Source: Candidatus Latescibacterota bacterium (GTDB lineage Bacteria > Latescibacterota > UBA2968 > UBA8231). Taken from it: 64,000 nt of DNA. The position numbers and the translations under genes were made by a program. Positions 10,874-20,300 of the stretch are shown piece after piece. Within the stretch, counting starts at the first letter, position 1, and every line of letters starts with the position of its first letter. Under the pieces are notes generated by a model, which saw only the letters and a program-made list of their open reading frames with translations, was not told where the DNA came from and ran no database searches. The DNA lies in the NCBI GenBank assembly GCA_965223905.1, contig CBDCXV010000010.1:288001-352000 (forward strand), in the 5' to 3' direction.

Positions 10874-10898
10874 CTTTCTCTTTTCCAAGAACGCCGTC

Positions 10899-11747
10899 AT
10901 GAACCGCCTGCTTCTAAAAAAGCGCGAGCTCATCCTGAAGTGCCTTGTGGACGGAATGTCCTTGCTGGCCACTTCGCGCATTGCCTGTGTCGCTGAAAAC
11001 ACCGTAGCGCGATTGCAGCTTCTCGCCGGCGAAGTCGCTTGCGACTTTCAGGACGAACATTTACGCAACCTCAAACTGGACAGCATCGAGCTCGACGAAA
11101 TCTGGTCGTTCGTGTACGTCAAACAGAAACGTCTCGAGCAGGCGAAGCGACCACCGGAAAACGCCGGCGACTCGTGGGTCTGGATAGCCATCGACCGAAA
11201 GACCAAGCTGGTCCCCTGCTGGTTAGTGGGCGGACGCTCACAGGAAGATGCCAATCTCTTCATCGAGGACCTCGCGCAACGGTTGTCAGGAGCTCCACAG
11301 CTGACCTCAGACGCCTACGCTCTCTACATCGAAGCTATCTATCGAGCCTTCGGTTCTCAAGTCGATTACGCCATGCTGAAGAAAGAGCACAAGCCCGACT
11401 CGCCTTCCCGCAAGACGCGCATCTCCGGCGATCCGGACGACGATCTCATTTCCACCTCGATTGCGGAACGGCAGAATCTTACCATGCGCATGTCGATGCG
11501 GCGCTTCACCCGGCGTACCAACGCTTTCTCGAAACGATTTCGCAATCACGCCTTTGCCGTCGCGCTCTACTACCTGAACTACAACTTCTGCCGTGTCCAT
11601 CAGACCATCGAAACCACTCCGGCCATCAAAGCCGGGGTGACGAATCGTCGTCTGTCTCTTCTGGAAGTGGCTCAGATGACGTTAGAAGCCGAGCCAAAAC
11701 CGAATCGTCCGAAACGGTATCGGAAACAGAATCGCGATTATCGATAG
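10899..11747 (+). CDS. IS1-family DDE transposase, single ORF with N-terminal HTH
   Basis: LDEIWSFV (D), TSDAYALY (D), AERQNLTMR (E), RFTRRTNAFSK and YNFCRVH motifs. Confidence 0.92.
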   Translation: MNRLLLKKRELILKCLVDGMSLLATSRIACVAENTVARLQLLAGEVACDFQDEHLRNLKLDSIELDEIWSFVYVKQKRLEQAKRPPENAGDSWVWIAIDRKTKLVPCWLVGGRSQEDANLFIEDLAQRLSGAPQLTSDAYALYIEAIYRAFGSQVDYAMLKKEHKPDSPSRKTRISGDPDDDLISTSIAERQNLTMRMSMRRFTRRTNAFSKRFRNHAFAVALYYLNYNFCRVHQTIETTPAIKAGVTNRRLSLLEVAQMTLEAEPKPNRPKRYRKQNRDYR

Positions 11748-11831
11748 CATCTCCGACAGCTTTGGCAAACTGGATCGGGTAATCTTGGCGACCGATGTTA
11801 TGCCGTTTTCCCAGCGAAATTCTTGCTTTCG

Positions 11832-12086
11832 TCATACTTCCTCCATTTGTTCGCGCAACTCCCTGCGAAGCTGAGGAATGGTGATGACCTTGGCGGCCAA
11901 ACTGGCGTTTTGTCCCTGCAAATCATCCAGCTGGGCATGCATCACCTGAAAACCTTCCCGCATTTCCTTTTCCAGCCGATCGAAGCGCTGGTCCATCTGC
12001 TCAAAACGCTTGAGCACCTTCTGATTGAACGCTTCCTGAGCATCGAAGCGCTTGAGCATCTCTTTCTGGAACTCTTCCTGGCTCAT
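11832..12086 (-). CDS. 84-aa coiled-coil microprotein (passenger)
   Basis: GAGGA RBS; paralog of 12115..12381 (KRFEQMDQRFD, LAA.V.T.P.LRRELRE). Confidence 0.75.
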   Translation of the reverse strand: MSQEEFQKEMLKRFDAQEAFNQKVLKRFEQMDQRFDRLEKEMREGFQVMHAQLDDLQGQNASLAAKVITIPQLRRELREQMEEV

Positions 12087-12114
12087 TCCGGCATTCCTCA
12101 CTTGATTCGAGGTT

Positions 12115-12381
12115 TCATGCTTCCTGGAGCTCCCGTTCGCGAAGTTCCCGGCGTAACGCCGGAACAGTCACTATAGTAGCAGCCAACCCGGCTAGCTGGG
12201 ACTGCATGTCATCCAGTTTTTCCTCGACGTGGTCGAAGCGCTTGTCCATTTGCTCGAAGCGCCGAAGAACTTCCTGATTGAACTCTTTCTGATCCTTCTG
12301 GAACTCCAACATCTGATTCTGGAACTCCAACATCTGATTCTGGAACTCCAACATCTGATTCTGGAACTTTTCCTGGTTCAT
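12115..12381 (-). CDS. 88-aa coiled-coil microprotein with FQNQMLE heptad repeats (passenger)
   Basis: GGAGGA RBS; ATG overlaps the peptidase stop (ATGA). Confidence 0.75.
   Translation of the reverse strand: MNQEKFQNQMLEFQNQMLEFQNQMLEFQKDQKEFNQEVLRRFEQMDKRFDHVEEKLDDMQSQLAGLAATIVTVPALRRELRERELQEA
12296..12368. repeat. 21-bp perfect tandem repeat x3.5 (coding)
   Basis: TTCTGGAACTCCAACATCTGA at 12296, 12317, 12338 and partial at 12359. Confidence 0.95.
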
Positions 12382-13634
12382 TCCGGTATTCCTCCACGTA
12401 AAGGATAGCGGCCAACACCGCAGCGCCAGCGAGGTTCGCCGGCCGTCACCTTGGCCGACCGAGGCGGAACCTGATAGGGTTCGGCTCGAGACACGTCCAC
12501 CTCGTATCCCAGATCCGCTAGCGCCTGAATCGTAATCAGGCTGAGAGGACGAATTTCGTCCGAGACGGCTCCGGACGTCATGATCTCGTTCCCCAGAACG
12601 TCTTCTCGCCAATGGGAGAAATAGTTTCCGTTCTCGACCGGCACTCCTTTTCTAGCCGCACGCGCCCTTTCGCGATACCATCCGCCTCCGGCTGACTCAA
12701 ACGCCGCTCTGCTCAAAATTCCCTTGAAGTAGGTGTCGGCATTCAGAGAACGATTGACCAAGCGCTCGTCCCACTCTTCTCCTCCCTGTAGCAGGATGTG
12801 ACCCAATTCATGGATCATCGTACGAAACACGTGAGAATCGGATTCAGAGCGAATAAACTCGGAATCCAGAACCACGAGGCCGTTGATGGCAACTCCGGAA
12901 GAAGATCGAAACCACAAAGTCTGAGCACTGCCGTTTACGCCGTACCCCAAATCAGCGGTAGTTGCATGAACGCGCACGTCGTCGATAAGATCATTTTCTA
13001 CAATCCTTCCAAACCACTGCTCGTGAGCACTGCCGGCCCACCAGGACATGTCGTCGGTATCCAATGTATGCCAGGCGAAATAATACCTGTCCTGGACATC
13101 GTTCGTAACGATCCGCTCCCACGTGACCGCGGCGCGCTCGAACAGCTCCCGATGGCGGTCGGTGAACTCGTTGCCTTCGGCGAACACGAGCTCGATGTCG
13201 AACAGTGAAGGTCTCAGGGGCAAACCGATCCCGTAGGGGTTGGACACACCGGAATCGGCCATCTCCGCCCAGACGTAGGCGCCCAGCAGTCCCAAGTCGA
13301 TCCATCCGGTGACTCCGTCCCGGTCGATGTCGAGCAAGTCCAGATCCAGAGGAACATGGTACCAAGGACTGGAGAGATGAATCCAGAGTCCCTCCACGTC
13401 GAAAATGTTCACCCACCCGTCCACGACCCCGTCTCCCAGAAGGCGTCCATCCACCGTCGCCTTGGGGCTGCCCCGCTCGCTAGACGGCCGCTGGATGGGC
13501 AACTCGATCCCCCGTTCAGCAAACCAGGTTCTCATTTCAGTGTACGCTTGCTCCCTGTCGGGCTCGTGTACCCGTGAGGGCGACTCACAGCCGGCCAGCA
13601 AGACCGACAACAGCAGGAGGATGGTGGCAATCAT
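12378..13634 (-). CDS. Leishmanolysin-like (M8) zinc metallopeptidase lipoprotein with a dockerin/EF-hand-like segment (passenger)
   Basis: LLAGC lipobox; DIDRDGVTGWIDL; HELGH; SHWRE...NEIMT Met-turn; SLITIQALADLGY. Confidence 0.85.
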   Translation of the reverse strand: MIATILLLLSVLLAGCESPSRVHEPDREQAYTEMRTWFAERGIELPIQRPSSERGSPKATVDGRLLGDGVVDGWVNIFDVEGLWIHLSSPWYHVPLDLDLLDIDRDGVTGWIDLGLLGAYVWAEMADSGVSNPYGIGLPLRPSLFDIELVFAEGNEFTDRHRELFERAAVTWERIVTNDVQDRYYFAWHTLDTDDMSWWAGSAHEQWFGRIVENDLIDDVRVHATTADLGYGVNGSAQTLWFRSSSGVAINGLVVLDSEFIRSESDSHVFRTMIHELGHILLQGGEEWDERLVNRSLNADTYFKGILSRAAFESAGGGWYRERARAARKGVPVENGNYFSHWREDVLGNEIMTSGAVSDEIRPLSLITIQALADLGYEVDVSRAEPYQVPPRSAKVTAGEPRWRCGVGRYPLRGGIPE

Positions 13635-13840
13635 CCTTGTCCCCTTCCCGTGTGTGCCCGAGAAGCCGGGCTGTGCCACCGTCCACAGCAGTCCGGGACG
13701 ATCCCGCTTATTTGCGAGACGCCAGGGTAATTACTCCCGGCGCCGGGATTTGATTCGCTGTTGTATTCAGCAGGAAACCCGGCGACACGCAGGGTCCGCT
13801 GTGAAACGGTGGCATCTGAGAACATACGCAAAATACCCAC

Positions 13841-13870
13841 TTGACAATAGTTAGTGTCCTTTCTGTCTTT
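13841..13870 (+). promoter_or_regulatory. Possible sigma70 promoter upstream of the rod-shaped repeats
   Basis: Perfect TTGACA at 13841; -10 match poor. Confidence 0.35.
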
Positions 13871-13881
13871 CTGCGCCTCTT

Positions 13882-14032
13882 GGACCGGTGACCCCCCCAC
13901 CACTGACAGGGCTACTCACCCTGGGCATTTCGAGAATCGACACCCCGTAGCACGAGGTGAGCAACGCAGAGGATGTCGATTTCTCTCCCTTGTGGGCCTT
14001 GTCAATCCCAGGTGTGCGGTGGTCACCGGCCC
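13882..14032. ncRNA. Candidate structured element, rod unit 1 (151 nt)
   Basis: Closing stem GGACCGGTGACC/GGTCACCGGCCC; TGACAGGGCTAC/GTGGGCCTTGTCA; GAGAATCGACA/TGTCGATTTCTC. Confidence 0.6.
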
Positions 14033-14049
14033 TCCTTTGATGAACATTT

Positions 14050-14196
14050 GGGCCGGTGACCCAACCTGCCACCTGCCAAAGCTACTCGTCCGGGAAGAAT
14101 AGAATCGATACTCCGCAGCACGAGACGAGCAACGCAGAGCGTATCGACTTCCCTTCCTGTGAGCCTTGTCAATCCCAGGCAGGCGGTCACCGGCCC
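14050..14196. ncRNA. Candidate structured element, rod unit 2 (147 nt), diverged copy of unit 1
   Basis: GGGCCGGTGACC/GGTCACCGGCCC; CCTGCC/GGCAGG; GGGAAG/CTTCCT; ATCGATAC/GTATCGA. Confidence 0.6.
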
Positions 14197-14199
14197 TCC

Positions 14200-14236
14200 T
14201 TTGCCGAAACCAGTGAGGAGATCGGTTTCGGCAAAA
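14200..14236. terminator. Subterminal hairpin, possible terminator
   Basis: TTTGCCGAAACC/GGTTTCGGCAAA 12-bp stem just inside the right TIR. Confidence 0.5.
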
Positions 14237-14862
14237 GACAGATCCAAATTTCAAACTGAGGCATTACCGATCCGCTGGAAGCGAAGGAGGTGGGACTGAA
14301 GGTGCTGCGCTCTCCTGGAGGCGAGGAGGAAACCGCAGTCTCCTGGGACGCCGAGGCAGCGGTGCTGCGGGTCGACCTCAGCCGGTCGTCCCTCGACCGG
14401 GAGATCCGCTACACCCGCTACCGAAGGCTTCAGCCGCACCTGACGGAGAGCGAGCAATACGTCACCGCCCAGGAGGGGCCGTTCGAGCTGCAACCAGGGG
14501 AGCTGCTGACCCTGCGAATCTTCCTCGACCGCTCGATCCTCGAGGTCTTCGCCAACCGCCGGCAATGCGTGACCCAGCGCATCTACCCGACGCGGCCCGA
14601 CAGCACCGGCGTCAGCCTGTTCGCGCGCGGGGGCGATGCCAGGGTGCGGTCGCTGCAGGCATGGACCCTGGCGCCGGCGCGGATGTGATACCCTTTGGCG
14701 TGAGGCCATTTGTCTCGGGCGAAACACCCCTTCGCCAGCGCAGACCTGACTTTCCTTGCCGTAGGCAGGGCCACCTGGTTCGGCGGAGGCCCCGGCTCCA
14801 AGGGTCCAAGGGGCTCTCGGCCTGATCCCGCAGGACAACCAGATTACTTCAGGACAAACGGA

Positions 14863-17244
14863 TTACTTGAGGTAGAGCAGCCGCTGCGTCCGCACTCCGC
14901 CGGGGTACTGCAGCCGCGACAGGTAGACCCCAGCCGCCACCGGGGCCCCTCGCCGGTCGCGGGCGTCCCAGAAAACCCGGTGCCTGCCGGGAGCCTGGAC
15001 CTCGTCCACCAGCGTGCGCACCGGCTGCCCCAGGGTATTGTAGATCTCCAGCCGCACCGGACCGGGGGAAAGCAGGAACCAGGAGAGGACGGTCCGGCTG
15101 TTGAAGGGGTTGGGCGCGTTGGGGGTAAAGCGGCTGAGATCCGCGGGCTCCGCAGACGCCGTTTCTTTGGCTGCGTCCAGCAGCTCGACAGCCACAACCC
15201 GCGCGCTTTCCCCCGGGACCAGCTCCAGGATCTGGCGCCGGTTGCGGTTTAGGGGAATGCTACGCCAATGGCCCACTATCTCTCCATCCCAGCCGCCGGC
15301 ACGGACCTGGTAGAATCCGCTGACCCCGGCCCGGTCTCCGCTTGAAATAATCCGTTCGAATCGTCTGCTGTCGGTGGAAGGAGTCCAGTTTGTGACAGTA
15401 CTCCAGATGTACCGGGGGCGACGGCCGGAGATCATGCGGGAAAACTCCACAGCCTGTACTCGGTCGGAGATGGTGCCCTCGACTACCGTGCTGCTGATGT
15501 GCCTGTCCCGAACAATCACCGGCCTTCCAGACGCGCTTAACTGCTCGATCCGTTCCGAGGCGGGCGGGGGAAATTCAGAGGCTCCGTAACGGGTAATCGG
15601 AATGTCCCAATGGGTGACTCCAAACCGAAGGATCGTGCCTCCTTCCAGGCCGACGACGGGTATGATATCCGAATCATCGTAGCGTCTCTTTTCGCCTCCG
15701 CTACACTCGAAATTCAGGATGCCAATATTTGGACGATGGTTGACCTGACCCAGGTCCGGATTGAAAACGATAACCGGATCAACCGTCTTCGCGTCACTGA
15801 AAAAGAAGGTTGTGAGTCGCGTCAGGTAGGAACGTTCGGTTATCGCTTGTTTTGCCCTGGCATTCGGCTCCCGGATGTAGGTTACCCAGTCGTCGACAAA
15901 TCCCGAAAAATTGAACCATCCGTTTTCGTAATGATCCTCGAAATCATTTGGAAAGCTATAAAATTGGGACTCCGCATACGAGTAAAACCTTTCCTCGCGG
16001 CCGGTATAATTGCGTTTTATCTCTTCGAGCACGGATTCGGGAATGGGTATATGTTCCCTGAGCAATTGAAGAAATTGCAGATCCATCTTCGAACGGAGAT
16101 TGTCCCAGGAATGCCGGGGTATTATTCCACTATTCCAGAGGTCAAACATGAAAGAATCAAGGTTTTCCGGGTCGCGCAGCGACTCGATATCCACCTCCGG
16201 ATTCCCTAGTTCGGTTGAGGCTACTCCTTCCACCGCGTACTCGGTGCCGAATGCAGGTTGGCCCGCCTCTGCGATCGCGTCGGAAAAAACCTGGTAGTAG
16301 TTCCTGGGACGCTCAGGACGGAATATGCCATATGTGTCCATCCAATTCAGCCGCGCCTTGTTCAGGTGAACATGCAGGTAGTTGTCCGGTATCGCCCTGG
16401 TTTCCGCAGCGATCCAGGCGGTCAGTTTCAGTGTGGTAACTTGTGCACTCCCCGCCGACTTCAGGGGTATGGTGATCCTGTCCCCCGCAAAAGTGAAGGC
16501 CAACGGTTGAATCTGGTTCACCCCTTTCAGGTGACTCAGATATGCCGGTGGCGCCACTTCCACCGCCAGGATGGCATGGCCTTCATCGAGATAGGATTGC
16601 ACTACCTCCGCATCCATCGCTCCCGGCAGGTAACCTCGCTCCAGGGCCCAGTCGGCAATCTCCGCGTGCATCGATGAGGGTGATAGCTTGCGTCTCCCAT
16701 TCTACAGTGGACCCCAGGTCTATGGTCTCGCAGGTACGAATGCCACACGGCCACCTGTCAGCAATCGGGAAAAAAACCCATCAGCGGCGGAGAGACATGT
16801 TTGATTGCGCTCGTTTTCAAAGGTCGGCTCGGGAAAGTCCGGGACATATCCGAACCATTCCCCTCCGAACATTCTCTCCAAAAACCCGGGAGTAATCTCC
16901 TCTTCAGGATACCAGAATTCAGGAAACAAGTAGAAGCTGGGCAGTGTCCTTTCATTCATCCGCTGGAAAATGTCGTTATGACTGAGTTCAAGCTTCGAGC
17001 TGGATGGCACAGGTACTAGCCAGACAAAATCCCGCAATGGCCCGTCGAAATACCCTTTCAGATGAACCGTCGTGCTGTCCTCACCGACGATGAACAAGGC
17101 CTGGATCTCGCTCAGATCCACCGAAGGACCGCCAGCCCCCTTGAGCAAAACAGCAATGGAATGAGCCGGTGAAGCCGGCCAGATAGCAGAAGCGGCCAGG
17201 AGAACCGGCATGACAAGCGCGTTGAGTATCCGGGGCTGTTTCAT
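14863..17244 (-). pseudogene. Secreted DUF2330-like protein with C-terminal FlgD/T9SS-CTD-like domain; disrupted at ~16680-16780
   Basis: Signal peptide; FVWLVPVPS, QPLAFTF..IPL and YLTRLTT motifs; NAPNPFN CTD; two track ORFs separated by stops, probably compensating frameshifts. Confidence 0.7.
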
Positions 17245-17317
17245 CAGGGGATTTCCTTTCCCTTATAGGGAAATCCCTTCCCGAGTGGAGTGAAATGCTG
17301 TAGCGGTAGGTCTTCTG

Positions 17318-20300
17318 TCATTTGAGAAAAAGCAGCCGCTGCGTCCGCACCCCGCCGGGGTACTGCAGCCGCGACAGGTAAACTCCCGCCGCCACCGGGG
17401 CGCCTCGCTGGCCGAGGGCGTCCCAGTAGACCCGGTGCCTGCCGGGAGCCTGGACCTCGTCCACCAGCGTGCGCACCCGCTGCCCCAGGGTATTATAGAT
17501 CTCCAGCCGCACCGGACCGGGGGAAAGCAGGAACCAGGAGATAACAGTCTGGCCGTTGAACGGATTGGGCGCGTTCCGCAGCTGAGGGCCGTCGGGCAGC
17601 CCGATCATCTCCCGGGCCAGCGCCAGCAGCTTTCCCCGCGCCGGCTGGCCGAAGTGGTCGGCCAGGAGGAAGAAGTCGCCGAAGTCGACACTGCCGCTGC
17701 CGTCAAGGTCGAAGCGGGAATCGCTGCCGCCGAAGGCATCGGCAAACAGGAAGAAGTCCCCGAAACCGACTGCACCGTCCCCGTCGAAATCCGCTTCCGA
17801 TGGATCCAAATCGACAGGTTGGCAGACCGGCAGGTCTTCGGCCCACTTGCTCAAGGCTCCGGGTACGCAAGTAAACTTGTTGTCACCGAGGAATAAGTGC
17901 CTCAGTTGAGTCAGTTGTCCCAGCTCGGGCGGAATGGGACCCGTCAATTCGTTGTAGGTGAGTTTCAGCGAAGTGAGTTCTGTCAGGTTGCCCAGCTCAG
18001 GAGGAATGGGACCCGTCAATTCGTTGAAGGCGAGGTCCAGCACGGTGAGATTTTTCAACTTGCCCAGCTCCGGGGGTATCGGACCGGTTAATTGGTTGCC
18101 GTAAAGGCCGGAGAGAAAAAGCCCTGTGAGCTCTGTCAGGTTGCCCAGTTCGGGCGGAATGGGACCGGTCAATTCGTTATTGCGGAGATCCAGCACTGTG
18201 AGATTTGCCAGGTTGCCCAGCTCCGGAGGTATCGGACCGGTCAATTGGTTTCCCCAGAGAACCAGCTCAATGAGATTTGTCAGGTTCCCTACTTCGGGCG
18301 GAATGGGACCGGTTAATCGGTTTTCGCCGAGATCCAGGTCTGTGAGATTTTTCAGATTGCCCAACTCCGGGGGAATAGAACCCGTCAACCAGTTGACGAA
18401 GAGCTCCAACACCCTGAGGTGTGTCAGGTTGCCCAACTCGGGCGGAATCGAGCCATTGAATCTTTGGTGGACGAGATTCAGGCGCTCCAGTTCTGTCAAT
18501 CGGCTCAACGACGGCGAGATCGGTCCCCCGACTTCAGGCAGTTCAAAACTAATGTCCACCTCTTTGACGCGGGAATCCTGAATAACGACACTTCCCCAGT
18601 AGGTGAGGGGCCTGAATGCATTCCAGTTCAAGTCTCCGAAGTCCAGGTTGTCGCGGAATTCAAGAAGGGCTTGGCAGTCTTCCACCAGGCCTCGGTTGAT
18701 CAGCGGATCCGGCACGGCGATGCCGTTGGAACACGGGTCGGGGTTGGGCACGCCCAGCCGTTGGCTGGCCACCATCCGCACCCCGCCTTCCAGAACCAAC
18801 TCCAGGACATGCCGCAACCCGCGGTCGAGGGAAATTCCCTCCCAACGGCCCACCACCTCTCCGGTTGCGGTCAGTGCGCGGGCATGATAGAGGCCGCTGG
18901 CGTCGTCTTCATCCGGGTTGGGGATTGTCAGGGCCAGCCGGCCGGTGTCGTTGGTGACGGCGCTCCAGGCGAAATGGGGCGCCTGGCCGGAGATGGATCG
19001 GGCAAATTCGACGGTCAACCCCTCGGCCGCGTCCCCCAGTACGGTTGCCACTACCTCCGTGCGGGTTCGTTCCGTATCGGGTGGGGTATCCGGAAGCGGG
19101 ACGTCCAAGGCGATCCCCACCGGGCGAACCAGTCCGGTGACCACCTCTTCCACGTTTCCGCCGTCCAGGTCGGCCCGGTGAATGCTGCCGCCCTGCTTGT
19201 CCGTCCAATACAGCTTGCCTTCGACTACGTCCAGGGCGATCTCCTCAGGCCGCTCCAGACCGGTGATGAGGACCTCGGTGTTTGAGCCGTCGAGGTCGAA
19301 CCGCAGTATTCTACCACGCCACCACTCCGGAGAAAATCTGGCCTCAATCCAGTACATTTGGCCCGCGGCCAGGTCCAGGGCGATGTCCTCCGGATCACCC
19401 AATCCCGCCACGAGGGTTTCGACATCTGAACCGTCGAGGTTCGACCGCTTAATAACCCCGCCGTCAGAGAAACGGGAATCCCCCCGGGCAGTCCAGTACA
19501 TCCTTCCCCCGGTGACATCCAGGGCGATACCCATCGGACCTTCTGCTTCCACGAGGGTTTCGCCGTTGGAACCATCGAGGTCGGCACGCCGGATCGCCCC
19601 TGTGCCCTGCTCCGCCCAGTACATCTTTCCCGCAACCAGGTCCAAGGCGATGTCCTCCGGAGTCACTACTTCCGTTACCAAGTCTTCAACCTGGGCTCCG
19701 TCCAGGCCGGATCGGCGAATGGTGTTGGTTCACTTGTCCGCCCAGTACATCCTGTCCCCGGCGAGGTCCAAGGCAATGCTCGTCGGACCCTGTATTCCCA
19801 TGGAGATCGGTTCCGATTGATTTGTTGCCCGTGGCCTCCAGTAATCGTCGGTCCGGTAAATCCTGTTGGTGTCTGTCCAGAATAGTCCTCCGTCGATCTC
19901 AAGGTCTCCTGGCCCATTTATTGTCTCGGAAATGGTATAGGATTCGGCGGTGTAGGATCCGGATTCGTCCCGGATGAAGCGAGATCCGCGAATGGCTCCA
20001 ATCTCCGAATCACCATTCCACTCAATCCATAGCAAATCGCCAGGGAAATCGCCATGGGGGGCGATGGTGATGACATTCTCCGCCCCCGTGACGATGGTTT
20101 CGACATTGGAACCGCCCAGGTCGGCCCACTGAATGGTTCCCGTGTCCCTGTCCGCCCAGAACATGGTGTATCCGTAGGAGACGAAGAGGCCTGCCGGGCT
20201 ACCAATGCCCGTGACAAGGGTTTCGACATTGGTGCCATCCAGGTCGGCCTGCTGAATGGTACCTGCCCGCCGGTCCGTCCAGTACATCCTGGTCGGTGCG

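Larger units (their letters stand above)
10724..14268 (+). mobile_element. IS1-family transposon with passenger genes (3,545 bp)
   Basis: Left TIR GGTAGTCCCTCAGTTTGAAAT (10724-10744) vs reverse complement of right TIR GGTAATGCCTCAGTTTGAAAT (14248-14268), 19/21 identical; 8-bp DR GATCCGCT at 10716-10723 and 14269-14276; lower GC than flanks. Confidence 0.95.
9594..14688 (+). pseudogene. GH32 glycoside hydrolase interrupted by an IS1-family element (parts 9594-10723 and 14277-14688)
   Basis: WMNDING, WGHA and FSG motifs; removing the element and one GATCCGCT copy restores a 513-aa frame (...EIDPL|EAKEVGLKV...LDRSILEVF). Confidence 0.93.

Noticed and set aside
10899-13634. RNA-guided nuclease (TnpB/IscB) in the IS1 element
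   Set aside because: No RuvC, HNH or zinc-finger motifs in any passenger ORF
13882-14196. Rod repeats as CRISPR, integron attC or retron msr-msd
   Set aside because: Only two long units; no clear RYYYAAC/GTTRRRY boxes flanking cassettes; no integrase or reverse transcriptase in the window
17870-18490. Diversity-generating retroelement repeats
   Set aside because: Ordinary LRR coding repeats; no reverse transcriptase and no adenine-specific TR/VR pair seen
19730-19732. Selenocysteine codon
   Set aside because: Position corresponds to a variable non-Cys residue of a YWTD repeat, and no evident SECIS follows
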